A stretch of DNA of 64,000 nucleotides from a virus. The notes under the pieces are model-generated. The model was given only the letters and a program-made list of their open reading frames with translations. It was not told the DNA's origin and ran no database searches. Made by a program: the position numbers and the translations under genes. Shown here in pieces: positions 1-10,882 of the stretch. The DNA lies in the IMG/VR virus record IMGVR_UViG_3300028028_000133. One strand, written 5' to 3'. The stretch's first letter is position 1; each line of letters opens with the position of its first letter.

Positions 1-402
1 TTTTTTATTGCCGGTTCTTTTAGCAACCCTGTGTTGCCACGCTAAATAGTTGGCATCCAAAAGTTCTATGCCAAGACCATAGCGTTCACTCATTTTTTGT
101 CCGCACCATCTCGCAATCCGGCTACGGAGTTGCTTCCCTTGTATTTGAATCTGTTCTTCCATGCTTTCTTCGGGTAACATAAAAATTTCAAACGCGGTTT
201 TGTGCTCAACAGACACACCCACTCCCTTATATGTTTTTGGTTTTTTATCCAAACTTAGAAAGGTGAAACGGCAATAGTCGAAGTTCGGTCCCTCAAATCT
301 GAGCACCGTTCCCTTCGGAATAATGCCGCCGATACCCGGAGTTTCATCTATATAGTCTCTTATTAGAACGTATTTTTTGCCTGCTTCAAATTTATCCGGC
401 AT
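1..402 (-). CDS. hypothetical protein, partial (runs off the left edge of the window)
   Basis: ATG at 402 with upstream AGGAG; frame open to position 1 (MPDKFEAGKKYVLIRDY...). Confidence 0.6.
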   Translation of the reverse strand, partial: MPDKFEAGKKYVLIRDYIDETPGIGGIIPKGTVLRFEGPNFDYCRFTFLSLDKKPKTYKGVGVSVEHKTAFEIFMLPEESMEEQIQIQGKQLRSRIARWCGQKMSERYGLGIELLDANYLAWQHRVAKRTGNKK

Positions 403-414
403 GGGGTTCTCCTT

Positions 415-660
415 TTACCAGTAAAAATAGTGTATATCTGTGTCGGTATCGTAGATAAAATATACGTCTTTGTCTTTATTGAATCCAAATATCTGGTTCT
501 CAATTTTCAGATGTTCCGGCAAAGCATCGCAGCTCTGCAGAAAAACTTCTTCATTTACATATACGCTGTTCTCAACCAGTTGTGCCAGCTCTGTGGCGTC
601 TATGTCTAAATCGGGATCCTCCGTGATTGAAATACAGTTCCCTTGATATGTTTTTTTCAT
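415..660 (-). CDS. hypothetical protein
   Basis: ORF track 415..717; likely start is MKKTYQG at 660 with GGAG upstream. Confidence 0.55.
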   Translation of the reverse strand: MKKTYQGNCISITEDPDLDIDATELAQLVENSVYVNEEVFLQSCDALPEHLKIENQIFGFNKDKDVYFIYDTDTDIHYFYW

Positions 661-671
661 GTGTTTACTCC

Positions 672-1166
672 CTATCCGTAAAAATCTTTCAAGCATTTCT
701 GAACCGTATGGTAACACGATTCTTCTTTGAATGTGTCATTCATAATAGATTCGGACATGTCTTCGCAAAATGGTTCCTCTGTCATTGGGTTAACATAGTT
801 GCTTAGAATAGGATACCGGCTATATAAATTACAAATAGCATGGACGATCTCGTGAATAATTGTTTTGTAGAAATGATCTTCTACTTCAGATTCTATGATG
901 TGATTGGTACTCGGACCATATTTTTTGTTTATTTTTTGAATGATTTTTTCAGCTACGCGGTAGAAATCTCGCCTAACCCAAAAAATTGGAGCGGAGCCGT
1001 AGATGCTGTTGCTACGATAGCATGCCAGCCAGTCCGGGTCTTTCATCTTTGTCGGGGAAACTACCGTTATACTGAAATTATTTAGATGTGATAGTCCGTT
1101 TAATGTAAGGTCTTTCTTGATTTGTGGGATGCAATCGGCAATTATTGACTTAATATTTTTCTTCAT
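672..1166 (-). CDS. putative zinc metallopeptidase-like protein
   Basis: HExxH motif (IIHEIVHA) followed by a downstream EE..CE. Confidence 0.45.
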   Translation of the reverse strand: MKKNIKSIIADCIPQIKKDLTLNGLSHLNNFSITVVSPTKMKDPDWLACYRSNSIYGSAPIFWVRRDFYRVAEKIIQKINKKYGPSTNHIIESEVEDHFYKTIIHEIVHAICNLYSRYPILSNYVNPMTEEPFCEDMSESIMNDTFKEESCYHTVQKCLKDFYG

Positions 1167-1476
1167 ATAATCATCTCAGGGATACTAATCCCTTTTAGTG
1201 TTGGGAATAATTGGTGCCTCTTTCCTTAGTTTCTGCATAAAACGATAATGTTTCAACTGAGTTCTGTAAATTAGGTATGTCAATCTCTTTCAAAACAATT
1301 CTTTTAACTTCTACTTCATCAAGGTTTTCATCATAGAATATTGTTAGATGAAGTTTCTTGGGAAGATAAACTGCCTTAATTACTTCTTTATGCCTTTCAA
1401 ATCTTTGTGTGAATTTCACCATGTTTTTATTCCTTAGATACTCTGCCCATTAGGGTGCAAGAGTATGTCATTTTCA

Positions 1477-2070
1477 TTATTTTTCTTTTGATTTATGTAT
1501 ATTCAGCACCATCATATACTGGTTCATATCAAACTTTTCAAGCAGTAAGTTCTTTTTTAAATACAACGGATGATGCGGATGTCCACTCTTGCACAACGGT
1601 CCCATATGAAACCAGTTCAGGTTGTATCGTTTTGAGAGTTCGTAAATGTCCTTCAGACAGATGAACAAATACTCCCGCTTGTTGATTAATGTCCCCCACG
1701 CCCCCCAGATATCTGAGCGCCCTGTATGGAATGCCCAATCAATATATTCCAAGTTTTTCCTGTGAAGTTCTTTGTCCATTATTCGGTGAAGCAGCTTCGG
1801 GTTCGTGGCTCTCTGTGGATAAACGTTGAGCATCAGCCAAGAGTCGTAGCCGAGGTCCCGAGAAAAGCGTTTAACAGTAGCCAGCGTATTGTCAAGATGC
1901 TCTGGCGTAGCCGTGCTGGCGTTAATGCCTATACAGATAAGTGTTTTCGCCCCCCTCTCGCCCAGCAGAAACCGAGCGGCATTGTCTTCCGTGTTTTTGT
2001 AAATCCATTGATTATTCACTATGCCTCCATGTGATAAAACTGTCATTGAATAGAATTTAATTCTGTTCAA
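1477..2070 (-). CDS. DUF1643 family protein
   Basis: IGINASTA, LNVYPQRATNP, WGAWG and GHPHHPLY motifs typical of DUF1643. Confidence 0.75.
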   Translation of the reverse strand: MNRIKFYSMTVLSHGGIVNNQWIYKNTEDNAARFLLGERGAKTLICIGINASTATPEHLDNTLATVKRFSRDLGYDSWLMLNVYPQRATNPKLLHRIMDKELHRKNLEYIDWAFHTGRSDIWGAWGTLINKREYLFICLKDIYELSKRYNLNWFHMGPLCKSGHPHHPLYLKKNLLLEKFDMNQYMMVLNIHKSKEK

Positions 2071-2638
2071 CTACCTTGCTGTAAAAGTCGATGAATTGTT
2101 GTTTTGTCTTGAAATTACGTATCCATTTCGGGGCATATAAAAATTCATTTGTTGAACCAGCACACAATAGTTCATCCGCACTTATTTCTTTTTGTAACAA
2201 ATTCCCCTCTCCGCCCATTATATCCTTTAAGTGCATTGTGGCATATTTTTTATTATTAGTAACATAATCCCCCGCTCTTATTGTGTTGCCTTCTGTTGCC
2301 CTATATATCGTTAATTTATTCCCGATAATTGGTGTATAATAATTAGTATCTTTCCCAAGAAAATTATCTCGTTCTTCAGGTAAGACATCAGTAATTTTTT
2401 GCCAATAACCATCATCAACTTCATTGGCAACTTCCAGCGGAGATATAGAGAAATCCCCTTGTTTGCCCACATAATTAGTGGACATAACTTTTACAAACTC
2501 CTCCGCACTCTTATACATGCGAGCTTCGGCGGCAAGTGGCAATAACTCTTTCGGTATCGCTTGAATAGTATCGGACTTAACAGAAGCATTTTTTGGATTA
2601 GAAACTACTATTTTTTTTACTTTCTCGAACTTCACCAT
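2057..2638 (-). CDS. hypothetical protein, possible ADP-ribosyltransferase-like fold
   Basis: TIYRAT...GDYVT...YA..H pattern; N-terminal IPKELLPLAAEARMYK shared with 53677..54264. Confidence 0.4.
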   Translation of the reverse strand: MVKFEKVKKIVVSNPKNASVKSDTIQAIPKELLPLAAEARMYKSAEEFVKVMSTNYVGKQGDFSISPLEVANEVDDGYWQKITDVLPEERDNFLGKDTNYYTPIIGNKLTIYRATEGNTIRAGDYVTNNKKYATMHLKDIMGGEGNLLQKEISADELLCAGSTNEFLYAPKWIRNFKTKQQFIDFYSKVVEQN

Positions 2639-2663
2639 TTTAATTACTCCCGGTTTATAAAAT

Positions 2664-2770
2664 TGTCGTTAGGTGGGCAATCGAATCCCACGGGGCGAAC
2701 CCACGCCTTACGCTTATCGGTTCGCCAACCCTCTTCGGTATTTGCGGCTACCACTTCGCCACTGACGACA
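2664..2770 (-). ncRNA. tRNA-like RNA (degenerate or expanded)
   Basis: Acceptor-like stem TGTCGTCAG/CTAACGACA, D-arm-like TGGCGAAGTGGTAGCCGC, T-arm-like GTGGG-ATTCGATTG-CCCAC, long extra arm GGCGAACC...GGTTCGCC; fills an intergenic gap. Confidence 0.5.
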
Positions 2771-2772
2771 TT

Positions 2773-3171
2773 TTATTTTAAGAATTGCTTCGTTACCTTT
2801 CTTCGCAATGGAGATATAAGTGGAACATCCGCTGCGTTGACTATATTAAACGGAGAGACATACCAGCGTCCAATACGATAGTCGGCATAATTGACGACTC
2901 GTCGCTGAAAGTATGCTTTCACGTTTGAGATACAATTTGTTCTGTATTCAACGTAATAGACATAGTCAGTAGTGAGCCGATACGCCTGCTCTTTCGGGAC
3001 GCGGAAACTTGCCGCTATTATATGCTCTGACAGGAACTCGACATACGGACCGCGGCCGCCGATAACGATGCGCTCGTACGCCGTGGCTATAAGAAGCCCG
3101 GCTTTTGTGAACAGGTTAATGTTGGACAGACCGGTTAATGGAACATTTAGACGTTTGTCATAATCGCTCAT
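2773..3171 (-). CDS. hypothetical protein
   Basis: ORF track; overlaps the stop of the upstream gene in operon fashion. Confidence 0.6.
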   Translation of the reverse strand: MSDYDKRLNVPLTGLSNINLFTKAGLLIATAYERIVIGGRGPYVEFLSEHIIAASFRVPKEQAYRLTTDYVYYVEYRTNCISNVKAYFQRRVVNYADYRIGRWYVSPFNIVNAADVPLISPLRRKVTKQFLK

Positions 3172-3845
3172 TTCTTAAACCTCTTAAACTCAATCACCCA
3201 CACGAACGGATTGCTCGACCACGGATATTTTTTTCCATTGATAAAATCCCATAAATTTTGAAATTTATCAAAGACTGCTTCGCTGGCCGGTATACTGATT
3301 GCTGTGTGTCCCGATAAATTATCTCTATTCCCGAGAATTCCCTCATCCAAGCAATCCCATACAGTTATGTCATGTAATCGCTCAACTCTGATGTCGGTAA
3401 TTTTAAGCGTAATGCGGGAAGCCCAGCGAAACATAAAAATTGATGGTCTTTTAAACCATCCAATTTCAGTTTTCTTTTTACATATTTTTCTGGGTGGGAT
3501 ATCAAAATACTTTACTGCTTTTTTCAGACACACAAATTTATATTTTTGCCTGCCTGATTTTGTCTTGCCGTTTTTAACCCATTTGCCGTAAAGATAATGT
3601 GTTTCCTTTACCCACAATTTATCACCGACGAAACCGAGGCGGTATTTAAAAAACTTCTCGGCCGGTCCTTTGTCCTCGTAAACACCACGCCCAGAAATGC
3701 TACCAACGGGTGTAAAACAAGTATAGCCAAAATCTTTACACCATTCCGGCGGTTGTGGCTTCATCACCCGCCGGGTTTGCGTTTTCTTTCCGGCAAGAAG
3801 TGCTTTGACCATCTCGCCGCTAAAAAGTATAGGATGTTCATTCAT
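3168..3845 (-). CDS. conserved phage protein (ASCH/PUA-like, 'GxKTQTRR' family)
   Basis: N-terminal PILFSGEMVKALLAGKKTQTRR; RPSIFMFRWASRITLKITDIRVERL; C-terminal W..NPFVWVIEF. Confidence 0.75.
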   Translation of the reverse strand: MNEHPILFSGEMVKALLAGKKTQTRRVMKPQPPEWCKDFGYTCFTPVGSISGRGVYEDKGPAEKFFKYRLGFVGDKLWVKETHYLYGKWVKNGKTKSGRQKYKFVCLKKAVKYFDIPPRKICKKKTEIGWFKRPSIFMFRWASRITLKITDIRVERLHDITVWDCLDEGILGNRDNLSGHTAISIPASEAVFDKFQNLWDFINGKKYPWSSNPFVWVIEFKRFKK

Positions 3846-5167
3846 CGTTTTCTCCTTGTGTGGTTAACATCCCCATTTAATAGAGAATATTGCCGAGTCG
3901 GATTTATCGTCTGGTATCTGCATTCCCCTGCCATTTTCGGCAGGGAACGCCAGCGTATTTAAGCAAACTGATTCCACTATCTGCGCCATCAATTTTGCTC
4001 TTGACATTATTGTTTTCTCCCATGTTTAACAATCGTTACGCTGCCTTCGTCCACAACGCCGTCATAAATAGCACCGAGAAGATTGTGCAGCCCTTCTTTG
4101 ATTTCTTCTTCTATATTGGAGTTAAGCAGCCCCTTTATTTGACTCTTCAGCAATTTGCTGTCAACCGTTATGTCTTTTTTCGAGGTTATCGGCGTATCTT
4201 TTGCGTTCTGTTTTAATAATGCCAATTCTGTGGAGGCTTGTTTAGCTACTTCAGGATCACCATAGTCTTCGCGATATTCCCTGATAACCTCGTTTAACGC
4301 TGTCGTGCGTATTTTTTTTCTGTTTGACATTTTCATTCCCCCTTTTTTTGTTCCCACCAGCCCCGAATAATTTCTTTGCCGGCTCCCCTCACCAATTCGC
4401 CACTCGTGTATCCCTTTGCCATCATTTCTGCCACATGGTCATGATCGCAATCTTCTGTCTTGACGCCTTTCTTAAACCATGTGAGTTTAACCCAACTTTC
4501 AACCCAACTGTTATCTGTCATTATTTATCCCTCCTATTTTATCACTTACAATTTCTGTGAATTTTAATAAATTCTTTTCCTTGGAATACTGTTGTAGATA
4601 AGGTTCCTGCGTAAGTTGGCTCTTCTTGTTTGCATCGCAGACATTTATTTATCCAAACAACGGAACCAGAATATCTCAAGAGGTCCTCTTTGTTTTGAGA
4701 TACAATAATCCAATCGGGAGTTTTGCTCATTTGTATCCTCCCCGTTCTATCTTTTTTTTCTTAATCATTTTTTCACCCTCTCAACGTGATGCGACCAGCC
4801 CGGAACTTTATGAACATCTCCTCCGCAGGTAATCAGTAATGAGGGAGAGTAGTGTTTATGGTCAGGGTGTGGTGCGAGCAAACAACAGCGTAGTTCTCTT
4901 GACTTCCCGCCAGCAAAATATTTTCCAAAGTCCACAGTAATTTTAGCAGTGCATTCTTTTGTCCATTTTTTTGTCATATTAATCCTCATGATTCTGGCAT
5001 CTGTGATGCCAGTCATTGCCGACTTTTTCCATTATCCAGCCGGAACGTTTTGCATCCTGTATCATTTCTTGCCAGTTGCCATCCGTGTCAAACTCTTCTG
5101 AATGGGAACATCCCTTTTCGTCACAATACATTGTAAAAGTTCCGAATGTCATGTCGCTGTCAATCAT

Positions 5168-5620
5168 TTATTTTCCCTCTCTTTGAATATATGCTGTGAA
5201 CTCAGCAACATCTTTGAATGTCTTGGTAGCATATACTTTAATCCACGGATGACTACCGTATTTCTCGCTGACAAAGTAAACCGGCTTCCTCATCAGGACG
5301 GCATTGCATATTTCGATTGTCGTGCCGAAACTCGGCTCCTTAACGATTGTGAATAATCCGTCGCAACCTGCGAGATTCTGCAAGTCTCTCCGCACAATTA
5401 GACGAGCGTCATCATCGTCGCGGTTAAACGAATTCTTGAACCGCGACATCCGAGCAGTGCTGTCTGCTCCGCGGGCATCTAATTCTCTCATCTCTGCCTC
5501 GCGTGTCGGATCGTCGTAAAAAGGATTGAATAATTTCATGCCGAGTTGTTTTTCCAGTTCCAGCTCGATAGCCCGCATTTCTTTTCTGTCATTAAAGTTA
5601 TGGGCAAAATATAGATGCAT
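5168..5620 (-). CDS. nucleoside 2-deoxyribosyltransferase-like protein
   Basis: LYFAH, FNPF, RRDLQNLAGCDG, SFGTTIEI..A....KPV motifs of the NDT/Rcl fold. Confidence 0.7.
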   Translation of the reverse strand: MHLYFAHNFNDRKEMRAIELELEKQLGMKLFNPFYDDPTREAEMRELDARGADSTARMSRFKNSFNRDDDDARLIVRRDLQNLAGCDGLFTIVKEPSFGTTIEICNAVLMRKPVYFVSEKYGSHPWIKVYATKTFKDVAEFTAYIQREGK

Positions 5621-6527
5621 CGTTATCCTCCATGGGAACCATTGTCTTTTATTACCTTCGCTACGAATTCATCGTATGCCGTTTGGGCAGCACCTTTTGC
5701 CAACTCCAATGACGGATATGGCGCGTAATGTTTCCATCCCGCCCCGGCCGATGTAATTGTCCATGAAGGATGTAAATAGAAAAGAGTGTATTCATACTGC
5801 CCGCGGTGACCGCGTCTTTCTATGCGGAACATATTCCCGTCAATGAAATAGACTAAGGCATACCATGTATTGAATGAATACTGATTCCACTTGAACTTTT
5901 TCTTGTTCATTTTTTCTCCCTGTCCTTATTGACATCATTGACCGCCAAAACGACTTCGGCGTCTTCCCACCCCTCGATATCCTCTGGTGATGCGGCGTGC
6001 TTATGTCCCTTGGTCTTCCAGAGAAAAATCCTGAGATAGCCGTCTTTCTTGCGAATCTCTATATAGTGGAATCGCGGGTATAAATCTATGGCGAGCCCGC
6101 CTTCAAATGTGAGGCAGTCTACATCAATGAAATTATTTTCACTGTCTGTTGCTACCCGTACTCTTTCTTTTCCGTGTAAATTTAAAGTCATCGTTTTGCC
6201 TCCCGTTCAGTCCGTCCGCATTTTAACAACAGCAACGAATTTGTGCCCGTTATCTTTTACCCATTTTTCACAAATGGGTTTCGGCTCGGGATTGGGTTCT
6301 TTGTCGTAGTCACAATTTTTAGGGTCGTTGATGTCCATTCTGTTGGCGGGCTCAAAAAGTCTTTTGCCAATTCTGGACATTTCATAGCAGTCAATTCCGT
6401 CTACTCGTTGACCTCTCAAAGATTCGTTCGGTTCAATTGCTTCTGCCACATATGCCCAATGGACATATCCTGCCGTGCATCTCCATCCTCCCCACACAAT
6501 AACGACCTTCATGTTTTCCTCCGGTTA

Positions 6528-6596
6528 AATCTTCCGGCAAATTGTCGCCGTGCTTTATAGCGGGGTGATTCCCCGCAACAATCTGCCAGCAGATTC
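6528..6596 (-). other. intergenic long hairpin upstream of an RBS
   Basis: CTGGCAGATTGTTGC pairs with GCGACAATTTGCCGG (with G-U pairs on the minus strand). Confidence 0.4.
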
Positions 6597-7699
6597 CATA
6601 TTTATTTTTTATTCACTGCTTTTGCTTTTTTTCTCGCTTCTTCTCTTGCTTCTTTTCGTACAAGTTTTTCTTCATCCAGAAGCATTTCCTTGGCATCAGC
6701 GATAGCGTCTTTTAAAACGTATGATATTGGACCGGCATCGCCGTTATCACCAACGAAGCATTCAAGCCAATTGTTGTTGATCCACTCATAACCGAATTTT
6801 TCTATGCTGCTCAACTGTTTGTCCGTATTCAACCCGTGTTTGAATTCGGGAAATCCATCGCCACGTTCCTTACATCCGTCGTGAACCAATTCGCCTTTTT
6901 TATTTTTAATACGGATATCACCGTGAGCAACAACTTCAATTGTTATGTCCCCGCGGGACACCGAGGTAATATGTCCTTCGTACCAAAATGAATCTTGTTT
7001 TTTCGGTCCAAGGTTGACAAAAATCTCTATTTTGATTTTTTTTTGTTTCTTTGACATAGAATAACTCCCTTTCGTTCGCAATTTAGTATCTGGTAATTCT
7101 TCCTTCAAATCAGTTGAATGATTTGCGAGGTTTTCTTACCGCTTTTTATCAGTTCCAACAACTCCTTCCAATTTCCATTTCCGTTTACCCAATCATACGC
7201 TCTTGGGCCAAAAGCAAAAAACGATTCATAATAATCGTAGTCCAATCCTTTTGCTCTTATTTCATTTGCTATTCTTTCCCAGTTGAAAAATCCGGTTTTG
7301 ACTAAATTTCTTGCATATTTTATTAATATCCGTTTTGTTCCTGTTCTTGCTTCACACATAAACATGGTCTCCTTTTCTGCTATAAAATTATTTCCTTTTT
7401 TCAACAAGATTAAGAATGTACGGCTTTTTCCGAACTATCCCGCAAATAGCACCGTTGTCATCCTTGATGCCTAAAACTAAAATATGGTTTTCTCTTAAGC
7501 ACGATAGACTATTGGACTGATATATCCCCGTGGGCCATTTCACTCGGCCGTTTTTCATTATGCGACGAAATTTCTGTCTGTTAGGAACAAAACTAAATCC
7601 TTGGGAAGCCATTAATTTGCCGCCGGGAAAATCAACAAGTGTTTCTTTCATATATCTCTGCCCTCCGTTAATCTAAAAATCATCGCAAGAATTCCTCGC

Positions 7700-8035
7700 C
7701 TACCGGCGCATAACATCCTCACTGTCTTGTCTGAAACCGAACCGTTCGTAAAACCTAACAAGACTGTTATGCCATCTTGTACCTGGCTCACCGCAAGGAA
7801 TTAGCATTAATTTGATATCGTTTTTATCGGCGATTTCGATTACTTTGTTCATGGTAGCAGTGCCAGATCCCCGATTCCTTTTGATAGCTTTTAAATGTGA
7901 AATTTCTACTTCTTTGTCAGTATAATCTTCAAATTCAATTTCAGCGTTTGGAATTTTGCTTTTATTGAACTCTTTTTCGAGAATTTCCGCTAAACCTTTC
8001 GTTTTTTTAGCCACAGTGCCTCCCGTTTCTGCCAC
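7700..8035 (-). CDS. GNAT family N-acetyltransferase
   Basis: RNRGSGT acetyl-CoA motif A; LVRFYERFGF motif B. Confidence 0.7.
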   Translation of the reverse strand: MAETGGTVAKKTKGLAEILEKEFNKSKIPNAEIEFEDYTDKEVEISHLKAIKRNRGSGTATMNKVIEIADKNDIKLMLIPCGEPGTRWHNSLVRFYERFGFRQDSEDVMRR

Positions 8036-8047
8036 CGACAGATTTAT

Positions 8048-8464
8048 TTAATAAGAATTTTCTCTCAACATAGCATTGAGCCGTCTGTCAACCCATTTAG
8101 GAATATGTAACCACTCAAAATATTCTTTTTTATATTTTTTTAGCGGCAATAGTTCTAATGGGTCATCGTCTCCATAAAACTGGTGACGAGTAATGTCAAG
8201 AATATGTGTTCTCCTGTTTATCATAACCGTCAGCCAGTAATGGTCGTTGACTATATCGGGCCGTCCATTAGAGGAATATCTGATATTTGACAGCAATATG
8301 TTTCCTCTGCATAAATCGGTATTTATGCCTGCTTCCAACAGTTGTTTCTGAAGATACTCGGCACATTGTTTGCAAATAAACCCGAATGGGAATTCAGGGT
8401 ATTCTTTTTTTAGATGTTCTATGCAGGATTCTATGATTGTCTGTATTTGATATATTTTGTTCAT
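8048..8464 (-). CDS. papain/transglutaminase-like Cys-His-Asp protein
   Basis: G.C (GFIC), HYWL, ILDITRHQF. Confidence 0.45.
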   Translation of the reverse strand: MNKIYQIQTIIESCIEHLKKEYPEFPFGFICKQCAEYLQKQLLEAGINTDLCRGNILLSNIRYSSNGRPDIVNDHYWLTVMINRRTHILDITRHQFYGDDDPLELLPLKKYKKEYFEWLHIPKWVDRRLNAMLRENSY

Positions 8465-8868
8465 TTTATTTGCCTACCGAGTAATGCTCTTTCAATTCTC
8501 ATCTCAAGTCCATTTGAACTAAAGGGTTTCTCGATAAAATCATTCGCACCTTTTTTTATAATATCTACGATAGATACGACAGATGCGGTCATCACAATTA
8601 TTGGTAGATTTTCCTTAGTATACTTTGCTCTTATTTGTTGTAAAAGATTAAACCCCGTGTCTAAATCGGGAGCAATATCATTTTTATCTACGGGAAGTTT
8701 AAGGTCAAGCAGGACATAATCAAATTTCTGCTTCTCTAAAAAGGAATTGGCTTCTTCTTGATTTTGGGCTACTATATAATTGTGTTCCAGAATACTAAGT
8801 TTCTTCGTAATAACCCTAATGATACTTTCCTCATCTTCTACTATTAAAGCAAATGCTCTCTGTTCCAT
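8461..8868 (-). CDS. stand-alone response regulator receiver domain protein
   Basis: LIVEDE, VLLDLKLP (phospho-Asp), IIVMTA, GANDFIEKPF. Confidence 0.85.
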   Translation of the reverse strand: MEQRAFALIVEDEESIIRVITKKLSILEHNYIVAQNQEEANSFLEKQKFDYVLLDLKLPVDKNDIAPDLDTGFNLLQQIRAKYTKENLPIIVMTASVVSIVDIIKKGANDFIEKPFSSNGLEMRIERALLGRQIK

Positions 8869-8871
8869 ATA

Positions 8872-9339
8872 CTATACCCTCCGGAACGGTTTGTCCCATT
8901 CCCCGATATGCAGGTGCAAATAAAAATTGACATCAAAATAATCTGATTGAACATCTGAGTTGTCGTAATTATATTCGTCCGTCAATTCCTTCACTCTCTG
9001 CAATACCTTCTTGCACTCATCAGTATAAAAGATACTGGTTTTAATGTAGTAGTGATTGACTTGACTGTGACCTTTTTCTTTCATGTATTCAAGGATTTTT
9101 ACCTGTTCCTCTTTTGTCGTCAAACCATTTGAAAACATGTTAGTTATTTCAGGGACGAACGCTTCAAACGACGCCCTCAGTAAAGAAATTCTCAAACTGT
9201 GCGTGCTTTTCCGAACAGAAAAAACGCACCACAGGAATTCTTTTTTTAATTGATTCCTTACCAGTTTCGCGATTTCTTTCATACTTAAATGTATTTTTTC
9301 GGATTGAGTTAATTCTGCTGTCACTATTTTATTTTCCAT
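8872..9339 (-). CDS. LPD29-like (large polyvalent protein-associated domain) protein
   Basis: AKLVRNQLKKEF...FSVR and C-terminal YNYDNSDVQSDYFDVNFY; likely start MENKIV. Confidence 0.6.
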   Translation of the reverse strand: MENKIVTAELTQSEKIHLSMKEIAKLVRNQLKKEFLWCVFSVRKSTHSLRISLLRASFEAFVPEITNMFSNGLTTKEEQVKILEYMKEKGHSQVNHYYIKTSIFYTDECKKVLQRVKELTDEYNYDNSDVQSDYFDVNFYLHLHIGEWDKPFRRV

Positions 9340-9356
9340 TATAGATCCTCCATTTC

Positions 9357-9524
9357 TCACATCAGATTAGCATTGAATCCCTGTATGGTATCTAATCTCG
9401 CTGAACCACATACGGTACACCTGATGTCTCCGCCAGTGCCATCTTTTGATTTGTTTGGATCCACGACCTTATGTGGTGTTTCCTTCTGACAGTAATTACA
9501 ATATCTCTTCACAGTGTTTTCCAT
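9357..9524 (-). CDS. small zinc-ribbon protein (55 aa, not in the ORF track)
   Basis: Hand translation MENTVKRYCNYCQKETPHKVVDPNKSKDGTGGDIRCTVCGSARLDTIQGFNANLM; two CxxC pairs; AGGAGG upstream. Confidence 0.65.
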   Translation of the reverse strand: MENTVKRYCNYCQKETPHKVVDPNKSKDGTGGDIRCTVCGSARLDTIQGFNANLM

Positions 9525-9951
9525 CGCTTAAGTTCCTCCTTGAGATTTATTTTTCAACGCCGATAATTTTCTTTCTTGCCCCTGAACACAAAAAATGCAC
9601 CGTCAGTGTCTCCTATGTTAATCAGTTTCAGCGCGTCCTTCGGTATCCGGTATTTCAAAGCATTGCCAAGGAAGCCAGTTCCATCAGCCGTGTGCGTGTA
9701 TGTTTTGACACCCTTCTTTGTGGTGAGCCAGAGTCCAGTTGCGTCCTTGCCAAATCTTTTTCTGATTGTATCAATGACAATTTCGAAAATGGGCTTGACT
9801 CTTAACGCTTTCGCGGCATCCTTCAAATCGCTGGTATTCCCCGATTCAAAAATTTCATGACGCAAAATTTCTATAGCGTTTGTGACACCGCTGTTCTGAT
9901 ACTCTTCTACCCGGTAACCATATCCACCGGGGACAAGTTCTTTTTTTAGCA

Positions 9952-10671
9952 TTACTCCTCCAACTCGCACTTCTCGAGGAATTTAAGCCTCATTGCCGAT
10001 TGTCTTATCCTGATAAAAGCATGGTCTTCAATCTGGCCGACCCAGCTGGCAGTAATCTTCATTTTTTCCCCTACACACTTAAGCGTGTAGGGGAGTTCGT
10101 CATATAAACCGAGCCGTAACATTGTTACTTTTTTTTCTTTTGCCGTAAGTTTATTTAGAGCATAATTTATTTGGTTAACAGATTTTAAATACTGGATGAG
10201 AGATACTCGCTCTTTCTGTTTCTCTGTTACACGGCGACCATCAGAAGTTTTAATCTTGTACAAAATCGGTTCTTGCGTCCCGTCGTGCGCAAGATTCTTC
10301 GTGAGATATTCAAATTCGTCAGTTGAATAACAAAGTTTTTTAGTCAAAAAAGAACAGTAGCGTAAAATAGCGTTCCGAATCCGATTGCTCATATAGTTTG
10401 AAAAATATCCTTTGTTGGCAGCGTTGTTTTTCATTACGCGGACGATTTCATTGTTTCCTTCTTGTATCAGGTCAAAAAGCGGAATGCCCGGCACACAATA
10501 TCTTTTAGCAATAGGTAATACCAAGGGCATGCTGCCCTCGGCGATTCTTGATGCAGCAGCAATATCCCCTTTTCGAGCACGGGGCATAAGTTTTTGGATT
10601 TCCTGCTCTGTGATTTTCTTAATTTTCTTAATTTTTTCCAAATATAATGTATCCAAATACTGTGGATTCAT
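9952..10671 (-). CDS. RNA polymerase sigma-70 family factor
   Basis: Region 2 (LVLPIAKRY...DLIQEGN) and region 4 HTH (LTAKEKKVTMLRLGL...TLKCVGEKMKITASWVGQIE). Confidence 0.85.
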   Translation of the reverse strand: MNPQYLDTLYLEKIKKIKKITEQEIQKLMPRARKGDIAAASRIAEGSMPLVLPIAKRYCVPGIPLFDLIQEGNNEIVRVMKNNAANKGYFSNYMSNRIRNAILRYCSFLTKKLCYSTDEFEYLTKNLAHDGTQEPILYKIKTSDGRRVTEKQKERVSLIQYLKSVNQINYALNKLTAKEKKVTMLRLGLYDELPYTLKCVGEKMKITASWVGQIEDHAFIRIRQSAMRLKFLEKCELEE

Positions 10672-10689
10672 TTTTTGCCTCCAAAATTT

Positions 10690-10882
10690 GCGTTATGTCC
10701 GAGCACACTATCTTAAAAGATTAATTCGGCTGAATTTTTCGTTGCGAAAAATTCACATCATTAATCTTGTTGAGTAGCACTCTCTTACAGAGGGTGCTAC
10801 AACACCTATCTTTAAAGATTCCAGCGATACGCTGGAATTCGGCTGACTGCACCGATGTAACATAGTGTGCCCGGACAGACGC
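10690..10882 (-). ncRNA. retron msr-msd-like RNA, copy 2 (downstream of the RT)
   Basis: a1/a2-type inverted repeat TGTCCGGGCACACTAT / ATAGTGTGCTCGGACA; unpaired G at 10861; two msr-like stem-loops; AAAGATAGGTGTT linker; long msd-like hairpin plus an extra hairpin. Confidence 0.75.
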
